Of a stretch of DNA of 64,000 nt, positions 10,167-19,116 are shown piece after piece. Source of the DNA: Longimicrobiales bacterium (lineage in GTDB: Bacteria; Gemmatimonadota; Gemmatimonadetes; Longimicrobiales; Gaopeijiaceae); NCBI GenBank assembly GCA_965248195.1, contig CBDFIQ010000001.1, positions 800,001 through 864,000 of the forward strand. The letters run 5' to 3'. The notes beneath the pieces were generated by a model, which saw nothing but the letters and a program-made list of their open reading frames with translations, was not told where the DNA came from and did not search any database. The translations under genes and the position numbers were made by a program. The number at the start of each line of letters is the position of its first letter. The first letter of the stretch is position 1.

Positions 10167-10391
10167 GGGTCTTCTTATCGGTCCAGAGCACCGCCGCGAT
10201 CAGCGCCAACACGCCGCCGAGGACCAGGGCTCCGGAAAGAAATTTCAGGTAGAGCATTCAGTGCACCGTGTTCGGGTTCGGGTTGGGCGTCCGAACCCAC
10301 TCCAAGGCCCACAACCACTTCCTCCATTTCTGGAGCCTCGATAGACTGGGGGGGATTCTTGTGCCTGAGAATTCGACTGGCTGTAGCTGAA

Positions 10392-10463
10392 TAGCGGGGG
10401 GCGGACTCGAACCGCCGACCTTCGGGTTATGGGCCCGACGAGCTACCGCTGCTCTACCCCGCA
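10392..10463 (-). tRNA. tRNA-Met(CAT), initiator type
   Basis: TGCGGGGTAGAGCAGCGGTAGCTCGTCGGGCCCATAACCCGAAGGTCGGCGGTTCGAGTCCGCCCCCCGCTA; three G-C pairs in anticodon stem, unpaired 1:72, no encoded CCA. Confidence 0.93.
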
Positions 10464-10476
10464 TATATTTCACCGC

Positions 10477-11349
10477 TTAGGCCCCGATGGCCTTCTTCTG
10501 CAGGTCCTTGATTGCGGCACGGACGCCGGGGCCGTCCTCGTCCTTGATCAGCTGCTCGAAGCGCTCCGCATCCTCGAGCTCGACGTCGTACTTATCCATG
10601 AGTTTGCGGAGCTTCTCGATCTCCTTCGACGTTGGGGGGGAGGCACCCTCTTCCTCTGCCGGCACCTCCTTCTCTTCAACGACGGTGGCCAAGGGGACAT
10701 CCTCGCCGTCGAGCGCGGCAGCCAGGTCCTTCACTCGGTCCTGCGCGCTAGGCCCGATGTCTTCGACCTCATCGGCCGTGTACATCCCGAGCCCGATCTC
10801 AGGGCAGTAGACGCGCGTCCAGAAGCCGCCGGCCCGGTACATGAGCATCTGCTCGGGCATTGTCTTCCACTTGCTGCCGCCCTTCTCATACCAGCCCTCG
10901 GCCTTCGCCAGTGCGATCGTGATGAGAGCACCTACACACTCATCTCCGCCGTCCTTGTCGACGGCCACCGCTCGGCACCCCCAGTCGTCCGAGCCCTCCG
11001 TGCCCTCGAACCGGAAGCGCAGCGGCGAGAACCGGCCCGAAGCGTTCACCGTGGCAATCAAGAACTTCGACCTCCAGGCCGGGCGGCCGTGGATGATGTC
11101 TAGGTTCTGCATCACCATGAACACCGACGCGCCGGTGCGGTTGGCCAGCTCCATGGCGATGAGGCAGTTCGGGAGGTTGTCCTGGTACTCCTTGGGGACC
11201 AACGAGCTTTTTGTGAGCGCCATCCCCATCCGCTGTGCAGCCTCGAAGTTGCCCTCGCTGGCGAAAGCTCCAATCGCTCCGCCCTCGTCGGCTAGGGTTT
11301 GGAATTCGTACCCGTCCGCTCTTGTGGCCACTGCTGTTGCGTCATCCAT
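10477..11349 (-). CDS. RecT-like single-strand annealing protein
   Basis: SSLVPKEYQ..NCLIAMELA..VMQNL..HGRP, WKTMPEQMLMYRA; paired with RecE-like gene. Confidence 0.8.
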   Translation of the reverse strand: MDDATAVATRADGYEFQTLADEGGAIGAFASEGNFEAAQRMGMALTKSSLVPKEYQDNLPNCLIAMELANRTGASVFMVMQNLDIIHGRPAWRSKFLIATVNASGRFSPLRFRFEGTEGSDDWGCRAVAVDKDGGDECVGALITIALAKAEGWYEKGGSKWKTMPEQMLMYRAGGFWTRVYCPEIGLGMYTADEVEDIGPSAQDRVKDLAAALDGEDVPLATVVEEKEVPAEEEGASPPTSKEIEKLRKLMDKYDVELEDAERFEQLIKDEDGPGVRAAIKDLQKKAIGA

Positions 11350-11364
11350 CGTTCAACTCCCGGT

Positions 11365-11892
11365 CTAAAGATTCAGGCTCGCGAACTCGCCGAAGAGTTC
11401 TTTTGCCGCGACGTCCCGCGCCCTAGCCGCCTCTTCTTCGCTCACGAAATATCCGAGTTCTATCACTTTGCCTTCATGCTCGATCTTGGCTCGCCACCGC
11501 CTACGCAACTCGGGCCGGCTCTTCTGGAAAGAGACCCCCAAATACCTGGACGACCCTCCCTTGCTGACCTTGTTTCGTTGGTTCTCCACCTGCGAACACA
11601 CGCGGAGGTTGCCTCTCCTATTATCCAGGCCATCGTGGTTGATGTGGTCCACATAGACCCTTGGGTGGGTCACTCCGACGATGATCCGGTGCATGGACAC
11701 CATTTTCGCGCCGAAGGCTAGTGGGGTCCTGCCAACGGCGTATTGATGCCCGCACTTGATGATCCGACACCAGCGGATCGCAGAAATGAGCGGGAGATCG
11801 ATTAAGTCGAAGACGGCTACGTAATCACGTCCGATGTCCATCTGGATGACGTCGGCAACTACCTCGTAGCTATTGCGGGCGATCAGATTCAC
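11365..11892 (-). CDS. HNH endonuclease with AP2 domain
   Basis: VDHINHDGLDNRRGNLR and YLGVS...WRAKI...LGYF..EEEAARARD. Confidence 0.92.
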   Translation of the reverse strand: MNLIARNSYEVVADVIQMDIGRDYVAVFDLIDLPLISAIRWCRIIKCGHQYAVGRTPLAFGAKMVSMHRIIVGVTHPRVYVDHINHDGLDNRRGNLRVCSQVENQRNKVSKGGSSRYLGVSFQKSRPELRRRWRAKIEHEGKVIELGYFVSEEEAARARDVAAKELFGEFASLNL

Positions 11893-12806
11893 TCGTCCTC
11901 CTGCCGCTCATCGAACGCCCAGGGAGGCATCTTCAAGGAGATCATCTCATCTGAGAACCCGGGCCAGTGATCGTCGCCCAGGCACATGGCGTATCTATTC
12001 AGGTGTCTCGTGATCTCTCGGTTGCTCGCCGCCAGGTCGTCCTCGTCGAGCAGATAGACGGCGACGGGGTAGGGAGGCTCATTCTCGGGCACGATGAGGA
12101 CACTGGAGTTGCGTTCCCGGCCGAGCGCATCACAGCCCCGACGATAGAACGCAGCCTTGCGGTGATAACCCATCTTGGCGGCGTCCCGTCGGAACCCGTG
12201 TGGGCTCGCATCGCGAGCGGACTTGAGATCTGCGATGAGCAGTGAGCGCTCGACGTCCCGGTCGATCCGCATCTTGCAGAGCACTCCGGTCTCTTCGTCG
12301 CGCCAGATGCCGGTCAACTCGTAATCGCCCCGACCCTGGAAGAACGTGCGAGCACGGGGATGCGCCTGGATCGCGGCAGTCATACCTTGCAGGTCCGCCA
12401 TCGCGTCCTGGGACAGTACATGGACGCCCGGATCCATCGGCTCGCCGTCGAGGGGGTCGTGGCCCCTCACACCGCAGTACGATGATCCGTCACGGTAAAC
12501 GCTGCCCTGGTTCTCGCATGGGAACCCGGACCTCTTCTGCGCCTCGCACTGGCCGAGCGTGACGTACTGGCCCTCGAACAACAGCGGCTCAAGGAGCGCC
12601 ATGTGCAGCGCCGTGCCGAGCTCCATCGCCGGTGTTGACGGCTTCGGGTTGTCCCGGTAGTACCGGAAGTGGAGCGGGCTCTTGCGCAACTGCTCGATCC
12701 CCGACGCGCTCATCGCGTCGATGGCGAGGTACTCCTCCATCGTGAGCCCCTCGTGCCAACCCACTTCGATCGCGGTGGTCGGCTCTTCCATCGTCGCCGT
12801 GCTCAT
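11889..12806 (-). CDS. RecE/ExoVIII-like PD-(D/E)XK exonuclease
   Basis: GTALHMALLEP, CKMRID, IADLKS, GYHRKAAFY. Confidence 0.88.
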   Translation of the reverse strand: MSTATMEEPTTAIEVGWHEGLTMEEYLAIDAMSASGIEQLRKSPLHFRYYRDNPKPSTPAMELGTALHMALLEPLLFEGQYVTLGQCEAQKRSGFPCENQGSVYRDGSSYCGVRGHDPLDGEPMDPGVHVLSQDAMADLQGMTAAIQAHPRARTFFQGRGDYELTGIWRDEETGVLCKMRIDRDVERSLLIADLKSARDASPHGFRRDAAKMGYHRKAAFYRRGCDALGRERNSSVLIVPENEPPYPVAVYLLDEDDLAASNREITRHLNRYAMCLGDDHWPGFSDEMISLKMPPWAFDERQEDE

Positions 12807-13207
12807 CGGATCACCGTCACGCGGTCGACGCCAGCGCCTGGGATTTCATACGCGATCAGCCGATGGACGATCATGCCGACCGTATGCAGGTCCGCGACCC
12901 CGTCCTCGACGAGTACTCGAACACGACCGTCGAAGTCGCAGAGGTAGCAGAAGTGGACCGGCGTCCCACCGTGCTTGCCTGGGTCCTCAATTAGAACCGG
13001 CTCACACCATTTCACGCAGTCGTGGCAGACGCGAAGGCCCTGCTCGTCGGAGAACTCCGCGTTCGTCTGGTCGTCGTAGCGAGCGACGGACTGGTCATTG
13101 CCCCGTCGATCGACGTAGACCACCGGAGTGTATCCCGGGTCGCCGTCGGCTTGCGCCTGCGCGCAGCAGTTGCCTCCGTCTCGTTCGACTAGCTTGACCT
13201 CATTCAT
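12803..13207 (-). CDS. Hypothetical Cys-rich phage protein
   Basis: Translationally coupled ORF with CxxC motifs. Confidence 0.55.
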   Translation of the reverse strand: MNEVKLVERDGGNCCAQAQADGDPGYTPVVYVDRRGNDQSVARYDDQTNAEFSDEQGLRVCHDCVKWCEPVLIEDPGKHGGTPVHFCYLCDFDGRVRVLVEDGVADLHTVGMIVHRLIAYEIPGAGVDRVTVIR

Positions 13208-13237
13208 TCAGGCCTCCAGCTCGGCCGCGGCGCACCA

Positions 13238-13541
13238 TCAAGTCACCGCCTCAAGCACACGAACCACCGTCTCGAGCCTCTCGCCTCCGGTGGCCGCTCG
13301 AACAAATTCGAGTGCGAGGGAGAACGCTTCTTCGTTTCGGCTCGACTCAAGGAACTCACATCCCGACTGGGTAAGCCGAAAGGCAGGATCGCCGACGGCG
13401 TTATCCTGCGTGAGCAGTCCGGCATCGAAGGGCGAGGTTGAGGTGAAGGGGCCCCTTCCCGAGCCCGCGTACCCCGGCCCGCCACCCACCCTCCTCAACC
13501 TTCATCAGGAGTTCACGCAGGTATGGCAGATCGCGCTTCAC
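13238..13541 (-). pseudogene. DUF2513-like gene, frameshifted
   Basis: MKRDLPYLRELLMKVE in one frame, DAGLL...RLTQSGCEFLESSRN in another; one extra base near 13430. Confidence 0.7.
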
Positions 13542-13551
13542 GTTGTCGTGC

Positions 13552-13800
13552 TCATCGATCCCACCCTCGCCCTGCGCTCTCGATACGCCTAGCTTCGGCG
13601 CGCAACGATTCCACGCTCCGCCTGGTGATGACGTCACCGGCCCAGAATTGCACGGCGATTATCAGCCAGCAGCACACGAGTCCGAAAAAGAAGATCGGGA
13701 GAACCATTATCCAGTCGTCCAGGTCGGACGTCACGGTCGCCACGAAGCCTGCGGCCGCGAGGACGAAGACGACCACGATCCACTTGGGGAATCCGGCCAT
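13552..13800 (-). CDS. Small two-TM membrane protein
   Basis: Two hydrophobic stretches. Confidence 0.5.
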   Translation of the reverse strand: MAGFPKWIVVVFVLAAAGFVATVTSDLDDWIMVLPIFFFGLVCCWLIIAVQFWAGDVITRRSVESLRAEARRIESAGRGWDR

Positions 13801-14363
13801 GTCAGACCAACTCATATCGACGCTCCTCACGCTCGTTGGGATGTTCGGGGTGGCTGCGCTCGGCGCCTTGGTACAGGTGCTCGTCACGCGCAAGGTCATG
13901 CTGGCTCATGGCGTTGACCCGCTGGAAATCGACAGGGAGTTCTTGCGCGATCTCTTTGGCGACGAGAGATAGGCGGAAATCAGCGCACGGACCCACGCGG
14001 CCTCAATCTCAGCCACCGTCAGAAAGTCGCCCCGCTCTCGGGCCCTCAGCAGCGTCACAAGTAGTTCCGGATAGTGCTCGGCTAGCCAGGAGTCGAGGCG
14101 CAGGTCGGCGGACATCGAGCCGGCTCCGTCTCTCCCGTGTGCGCGTACCGGATGGTCGCAGTTCGATCTTCGGTCGCTCGGGCCGGGCCCCCTCACGGCG
14201 CCGCCTCCGTCTCCGCCAGCACGCGCTCGCTCATGGACGAGAAGGCTCCCCCGCTGATACGATCAGCGTCGCCAAACAACCGATCAGCCATCAACGGAGG
14301 AGCCTCCTGTGAGCGTTCTGAGCACCGGCGAGAAACCGATGGACCGCGAATACCAACGCGCAC

Positions 14364-14615
14364 TCATCCCTCACCCCCCGCCAGCACCACGCGGGCGAGT
14401 TCGGCGAGCCTCCAATGCTCCCAGTCGCCGCCCCATCGCTCGGCACGCTCCGTGTCACCGCCCCAGGAGTCGTACTCCGGTTCCATCTCGGGCGCGTCCC
14501 GGACGATCTCGCGCAGACACGCCAACATCTCCGGCGCGGCGGCGATCAGCCGGGCGTTCGCCCTGCAACGCTCCAGTGACAGGGCTTCGGGGGTCAGAGT
14601 GTGCGCCGCATTCAC
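14364..14615 (-). CDS. ANARLIAAAPE-motif phage protein, diverged copy
   Basis: Common phage motif; repeat unit gene A. Confidence 0.7.
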   Translation of the reverse strand: MNAAHTLTPEALSLERCRANARLIAAAPEMLACLREIVRDAPEMEPEYDSWGGDTERAERWGGDWEHWRLAELARVVLAGGEG

Positions 14616-14616
14616 G

Positions 14617-14919
14617 CTATTCGTTCCTTTTCCGCTTCCGCGTCGGTGCTGCGGGACGCGACGGTCCGCTGGGCAACTGAAGCACTGGTCCGTCTGCCGG
14701 ACGCAGTTCAGCTATTTCAAACAGGTGCCGGGCCGTCGTGAGCGCGACATCCTGCAGGGGTCGCATCCGCAAGTAGCCGATCGGGCGGTGTGTGGCCTCG
14801 ATGCTCGCGAGCGTCAGCCAGTGCTCGCCCTCTCGGTTCACGTTCTCCACGATCACCGTCGCCGTGCCAAACTCCGCGTCCTTGACGATCTGAATCCGGC
14901 CATGCTCGCCCGCACTCAT
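14617..14919 (-). CDS. Hypothetical protein, repeat unit gene B
   Basis: Coupled ORF, duplicate of 15169-15465. Confidence 0.6.
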   Translation of the reverse strand: MSAGEHGRIQIVKDAEFGTATVIVENVNREGEHWLTLASIEATHRPIGYLRMRPLQDVALTTARHLFEIAELRPADGPVLQLPSGPSRPAAPTRKRKRNE

Positions 14920-15167
14920 CCCTCACCCCCCGCCAGCACCGCGCGGGCGAGTTCGGCGAGCCTCCAGTGCTCCTGAGCGCTGCCCCACCGCTCGGCGCGC
15001 TCTGTGTCACCGCCCCAGTCCCCGTACTCCGGTTCCGTCTCGGGCGCGTCCCGGACGATCTCGCGCAGACACGCCAACATCTCCGGCGCGGCGGCGATCA
15101 GCCGGGCGTTCGCCCTGCAACGCTCCAGTGACAGGGCTTCGGGGGTCAGAGTGTGCGCCGCATTCAC
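14916..15167 (-). CDS. ANARLIAAAPE-motif phage protein
   Basis: Repeat unit gene A. Confidence 0.7.
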   Translation of the reverse strand: MNAAHTLTPEALSLERCRANARLIAAAPEMLACLREIVRDAPETEPEYGDWGGDTERAERWGSAQEHWRLAELARAVLAGGEG

Positions 15168-15168
15168 G

Positions 15169-15465
15169 CTATTCGTTCCTTTTCCGCGTCGGTGCTGCGG
15201 GACGCGACGGTCCGCTGGGCAACTGAAGCACTGGTCCGTCTGCCGGACGCAGTTCAGCTATTTCAAACAGGTGCCGGGCCGTCGTGAGCGCGACATCCTG
15301 CAGGGGTCGCATCCGCAAGTAGCCGATCGGGCGGTGTGTGGCCTCGATGCTCGCGAGCGTCAGCCAGTGCTCGCCCTCTCGGTTCACGTTCTCCACGATC
15401 ACCGTCGCCGTGCCAAACTCCGCGTCCTTGACGATCTGAATCCGGCCATGCTCGCCCGCACTCAT
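15169..15465 (-). CDS. Hypothetical protein, repeat unit gene B
   Basis: Coupled ORF. Confidence 0.6.
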   Translation of the reverse strand: MSAGEHGRIQIVKDAEFGTATVIVENVNREGEHWLTLASIEATHRPIGYLRMRPLQDVALTTARHLFEIAELRPADGPVLQLPSGPSRPAAPTRKRNE

Positions 15466-15665
15466 CCCTCACCCCCCGCCAGCACCGCGCGGGCGAGTTC
15501 GGCGAGCCTCCAGTGCTCCTGAGCGCTGCCCCACCGCTCGGCGCGCTCTGTGTCACCGCCCCAGTCCCCGTACTCCGGTTCCGTCTCGGGCGCGTCCCGG
15601 ACGATCTCGCGCAGACACGCCAACATCTCCGGCGCGGCGGCGATCAGCCGGGCGTTCGCCGTCAC
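15462..15665 (-). CDS. ANARLIAAAPE-motif phage protein, short copy
   Basis: Repeat unit gene A lacking the first residues. Confidence 0.6.
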   Translation of the reverse strand: MTANARLIAAAPEMLACLREIVRDAPETEPEYGDWGGDTERAERWGSAQEHWRLAELARAVLAGGEG

Positions 15666-15714
15666 GATGCCACCTCCTCGACTCCCTCAGCGACCCGGCG
15701 CTCGGGTAGCTCTC

Positions 15715-16044
15715 TCATCGTGAGTTCACCTGGACGACGGTGCCCCGAGCCAACGTGGTCGGCTTGTGCGGAGCGGTGAACGCCCGCCCCCTGATAACCC
15801 GCTTGGCGCCGCCGCTGTAGCGAACCGTGACCGAACCCATGCCCCTTGCGAGTACCTTGAGCTTGGTGCCCCGGTGGTCGTAGCAGACGCGACCCCGACG
15901 CAGGTTGCCGAGGTAGACGCACCCAGGAGCGAACGCCGGTGTGTCGTTGCCGTCGTAGTCGACGAAGGGCTCCACCGTCTCAGGCCCCCTCCTCTGTGAG
16001 GCCAGCGCATCCCGCAACGAGTGCGCGTCCTGGGTGCGCCTCAC
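15715..16044 (-). CDS. Hypothetical phage protein
   Basis: Coupled to cro stop. Confidence 0.55.
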   Translation of the reverse strand: MRRTQDAHSLRDALASQRRGPETVEPFVDYDGNDTPAFAPGCVYLGNLRRGRVCYDHRGTKLKVLARGMGSVTVRYSGGAKRVIRGRAFTAPHKPTTLARGTVVQVNSR

Positions 16045-16310
16045 CCCGCCACCTCCTCGACTCCCTCACCCGCCAGCACCCGCTCGCGGGCCTCGGTCAA
16101 GACGCGCCCCTTGGCCTCTTCACCCGCACGGTTCGCGCGCGCCACCAGGTCTAGAGCTTCGTCGGCATCAGACATAAACCCTTCATACGGCGGGCGGCGG
16201 CCCTTGAGGATGTGATTCAGCTGGGTCGCGTTGATCCCCAACGTGTCCGCGAGGTCCTGCTGGGTGATGCCTAGCTCGGCCATCCGCCCCCGGAATTTTT
16301 TTATGTCCAT
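16041..16310 (-). CDS. Cro-like XRE HTH regulator
   Basis: ITQQDLADTLGINATQLNHILKGRR; divergent from repressor. Confidence 0.9.
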   Translation of the reverse strand: MDIKKFRGRMAELGITQQDLADTLGINATQLNHILKGRRPPYEGFMSDADEALDLVARANRAGEEAKGRVLTEARERVLAGEGVEEVAG

Positions 16311-16320
16311 AAAGTTCTTC

Positions 16321-16380
16321 CTTCAAGCCAGTTGGAGTGCCCAACGGCATAATACTTCAACTGAGTTGAAGTGTCAAGAG
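16321..16380 (-). promoter_or_regulatory. Lytic promoter with operators
   Basis: Minus strand TTGACA-17nt-TATTAT with palindrome ACTTCAAC-TGA-GTTGAAGT (16354-16372) spanning the spacer; second imperfect operator 16321-16337. Confidence 0.85.
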
Positions 16381-16405
16381 GGGATTTCTTGTATTCTTCA
16401 GCACT

Positions 16406-17161
16406 ATGATTGGCGAGCGTTTGGTTGAGTTACGGAGGCGGGCCGGGTTGACCCAGACCCAACTTGCGGTTGCCCTCGGCGATCGGTATACGGGCTCGAT
16501 GATCTCGATGGTGGAGCACAACCACTCGGGACTTCTCCTCGATGGCGCGACGAAGGCAGCCGAGGTGCTGAACGTCTCGCTCGACTACCTCACAGGCCTC
16601 ACCGATGACCCGGCCCCGGTCGACGACCGGGTGGAGGAGGAGAGGCGGAGCCGTGCGAAGCTGGAAGCCGCGCTACGGAGCGCCGAGGAGGAGCGCGACC
16701 GCCTGCGGGCACGGGTGGGCCAGGTGGCGACTGACGGCCTTACGGACGAGACCGAGCCCGACGCGAAGCCCATTCCGGTCCATCGACTCCAGACTGCGGC
16801 GGGCAGCGGCGCTTTCGACCTGGACGAGACGGTCAAGACCTACGCCTACTTTCGCAGCGAGTGGCTGTTCAGGAAGGGGCTCGCCGCCGACCGCTGTAAC
16901 ATCATCGGCGTCGCGGGAGAGTCGATGGAGCCCACGCTGCCCGACGGCTGCGTCATCCTTGTCGACCGCAACCGAACCAAGCGGTACCGGGGACACATCT
17001 TCGTGGTACGCACGGAGGACGGCCTGGTGGTCAAGCGCGCGGGCAAGGACGAGGGCGGCGGCTGGCAGCTGGTTAGCGATCACCCTGAGTGGAAACCGCA
17101 GCCGTGGCCGGACGGAGCGGAGGTGATTGGAGAAGTGAAATGGATGGCGAGGGAGTTGTGA
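16406..17161 (+). CDS. CI-like repressor (XRE HTH + S24 peptidase)
   Basis: HTH, AAG cleavage region, GESMEPTL serine, VVKR lysine, EVIGEVKW end. Confidence 0.96.
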   Translation: MIGERLVELRRRAGLTQTQLAVALGDRYTGSMISMVEHNHSGLLLDGATKAAEVLNVSLDYLTGLTDDPAPVDDRVEEERRSRAKLEAALRSAEEERDRLRARVGQVATDGLTDETEPDAKPIPVHRLQTAAGSGAFDLDETVKTYAYFRSEWLFRKGLAADRCNIIGVAGESMEPTLPDGCVILVDRNRTKRYRGHIFVVRTEDGLVVKRAGKDEGGGWQLVSDHPEWKPQPWPDGAEVIGEVKWMAREL

Positions 17162-17212
17162 GGGGGCGCACCGAGGGTTTGGTTGAGCCTAACTTCTCTT
17201 GGGGTTACCCTT

Positions 17213-17296
17213 CCGGCGTACGAGCCACAGCCGCTCGACGATCGAGCCCGAATCATGGGCCGCGTCGTCTGGTGGGCCCACACGGAGCTAGCGTGA
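17213..17296 (+). repeat. Orphan S24 repressor 3' end, copy 1
   Basis: PAYEPQPLDDRARIMGRVVWWAHTELA-stop. Confidence 0.85.
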
Positions 17297-17339
17297 GGTG
17301 ATGGTGACACCGAAACATTGAGAGGGGAGCTGTAGGCCA

Positions 17340-17516
17340 ATGAACGGAGAAGATCGCTACGTCATCGTCACAGATGTCCAGATGAAGTTCTGGAGCATGG
17401 TCACGTTCATGGTGAAGTGGGCCGTCGCTTCGATTCCTGCGGTGATCATCCTGATGATTCTGGGCTTTGTGTTGTCAGTTGTGTTCGCCGGATTCTTCGC
17501 CGGACTCTCCGGATAA
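17340..17516 (+). CDS. Small membrane protein (58 aa)
   Basis: MNGEDRYVIVTDVQMKFWSMVTFMVKWAVASIPA...; RBS upstream; below ORF-track cutoff. Confidence 0.8.
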   Translation: MNGEDRYVIVTDVQMKFWSMVTFMVKWAVASIPAVIILMILGFVLSVVFAGFFAGLSG

Positions 17517-17548
17517 GATGCGAGAGGCTTCCCCCGCGGCTGGAGAGG

Positions 17549-17638
17549 GATGCCTACCGGCCTGTGCCATGGCCCGAGGAGGCTGAGGTCGTCGGGGAAG
17601 TGAAGTGGCACGGCGAGACGCTGCGAGGATCGAGGTGA
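17549..17638 (+). repeat. Orphan S24 repressor 3' end, copy 2 (resident-cI type)
   Basis: DAYRPVPWPEEAEVVGEVKWHGETL versus cI WKPQPWPDGAEVIGEVKWMAREL. Confidence 0.85.
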
Positions 17639-17641
17639 GGA

Positions 17642-17695
17642 GGGGATCGCCAGGGAATCCTAGGCCGCGTCGTCTGGTTGGCCCACACGGATTGA
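17642..17695 (+). repeat. Orphan S24 repressor 3' end, copy 3
   Basis: GDRQGILGRVVWLAHTD-stop. Confidence 0.82.
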
Positions 17696-17776
17696 TGGTG
17701 GGAGATCGCCCTTGACCATCGGCATTCTTGCTGTTTCAGCAGCCGCTATCCCCCCCCTAATGGCGAAGGAGGGGGC

Positions 17777-18580
17777 GTGTTTCCCGTGACAACTCGTATT
17801 GGGGCGCTGGTACTGGTGTTGCTTATGGGCTGCTCTCAGGAGCTGAGCCGGCCCGTGGCCGAGGACCTCATAGCGGCCCATTTGGTGGGCCTCACCCCAA
17901 ACCTACCGGACAGCCTGAGATCGACCGTAGTAGTTGGATCAGTGATCCAAGTGGACGATTTCACCCGCGAAACCCGAATCAATATCATCTTTCGAGCGGA
18001 CACGGTTCCCGCCAGCGCCTTTTTTCGCGAGAGCGATGACGGTTGGGCGTTGGTTGAGTACGGGCCCAATTTCAAAAACACGGTGGCGAGCCTGGTGACC
18101 TCGGATGTCCGTGGCTTGTACATTGACCTGCTCGATGTTCTGGACCGCGTGAACGTACCGCTCCAGGCGTGGGTAGCTGACTTCCTAGACCGCAGCGATG
18201 TTGCCCGAAGAGCACAAGGAGTATCCGGCGATGAGTGGGTACGCCTGTTCGACTTGGCACGCGATGGGCCATCCGAAGAGGTGTCGAGGACTCTTGTGAG
18301 CGATGCTGGAGTTGTGGTCCCAGAAGGGGTTTACTGGAGTCTTGAGCAAAGTGAATACTTTGCTCCCATTCTTTGGGTCGCATCGGATCCAGATCGAGGG
18401 GTTTGGTGTGGGCAGGTATTCAACTACTCCAGCAAAGATGTCCCGCCAGAATTTTTCGGGATCGACGACATGTCTGGCTCATACTGTACGGGCCGTCGGA
18501 GAGCTTACTCCTTGTTGAGTACCTACGAGAGAACCCTCGCCCTGATTGAGGAAGGCGGAGGAATCCTTCTTAACCCGTGA
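17777..18580 (+). CDS. Hypothetical lipoprotein (moron)
   Basis: Lipobox LMGC after hydrophobic stretch; lower GC. Confidence 0.75.
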   Translation: MFPVTTRIGALVLVLLMGCSQELSRPVAEDLIAAHLVGLTPNLPDSLRSTVVVGSVIQVDDFTRETRINIIFRADTVPASAFFRESDDGWALVEYGPNFKNTVASLVTSDVRGLYIDLLDVLDRVNVPLQAWVADFLDRSDVARRAQGVSGDEWVRLFDLARDGPSEEVSRTLVSDAGVVVPEGVYWSLEQSEYFAPILWVASDPDRGVWCGQVFNYSSKDVPPEFFGIDDMSGSYCTGRRRAYSLLSTYERTLALIEEGGGILLNP

Positions 18581-19116
18581 CCCTCCGCGACTGGACCGAC
18601 CCCGGCGACAGCAAGAAGAGACTTATATTTCTCGTGATCGTTTGGTTGGGTCACGCAGGCATCGGGACGGCCCAGGTGAGCGACGCGGCTCAAGGCGCGG
18701 CCGATGGCGAGGCCGCCGCCGCCAGTCTACGCGGGCCAGGGGGGTACATCGCGATAATGGGTGCGGGCGGCCTCCTATCCGGCGCAGTTAATAGAAGCCG
18801 CGTGAGCAGTGGGAGGGATCTCGCGACCGAAGCTGGGATCTACGGGGCCATTGGGATAGCCGGTGGGATCGTGATAGGCTTGCTCTCCAGTGACTTGCCA
18901 GACGAGCTCTCGGAAAGCATAGCTGACCGACCCGATGATTATCGAATGTCCTTCGAGCAGGAGTACCGGCAGAGGTATAGATCCGATGCGCTTATACGGG
19001 GAATCTTAGGTGGCCTGGTCGCGGGCGTGGCCTACGCGCTCACCGCGGGAGCAGGCAACGACCGACTCGACGACGGACCATCCTATACCCTCATTTCTGC
19101 TCGTGTCCGATTCTGA
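18577..19116 (+). CDS. Hypothetical membrane protein (moron)
   Basis: Signal-like N-terminus and Gly-rich TM segments. Confidence 0.7.
   Translation: MTLRDWTDPGDSKKRLIFLVIVWLGHAGIGTAQVSDAAQGAADGEAAAASLRGPGGYIAIMGAGGLLSGAVNRSRVSSGRDLATEAGIYGAIGIAGGIVIGLLSSDLPDELSESIADRPDDYRMSFEQEYRQRYRSDALIRGILGGLVAGVAYALTAGAGNDRLDDGPSYTLISARVRF

Larger units (their letters stand above)
14364..15665. repeat. Tandem duplication, ~550-bp unit, about 2.4 copies
   Basis: 14364-14915, 14916-15461 and partial 15462-15660 near-identical. Confidence 0.97.

Noticed and set aside
14364..15665. Diversity-generating retroelement template/variable repeat
   Set aside because: No reverse transcriptase in the window and the differences are not adenine-specific
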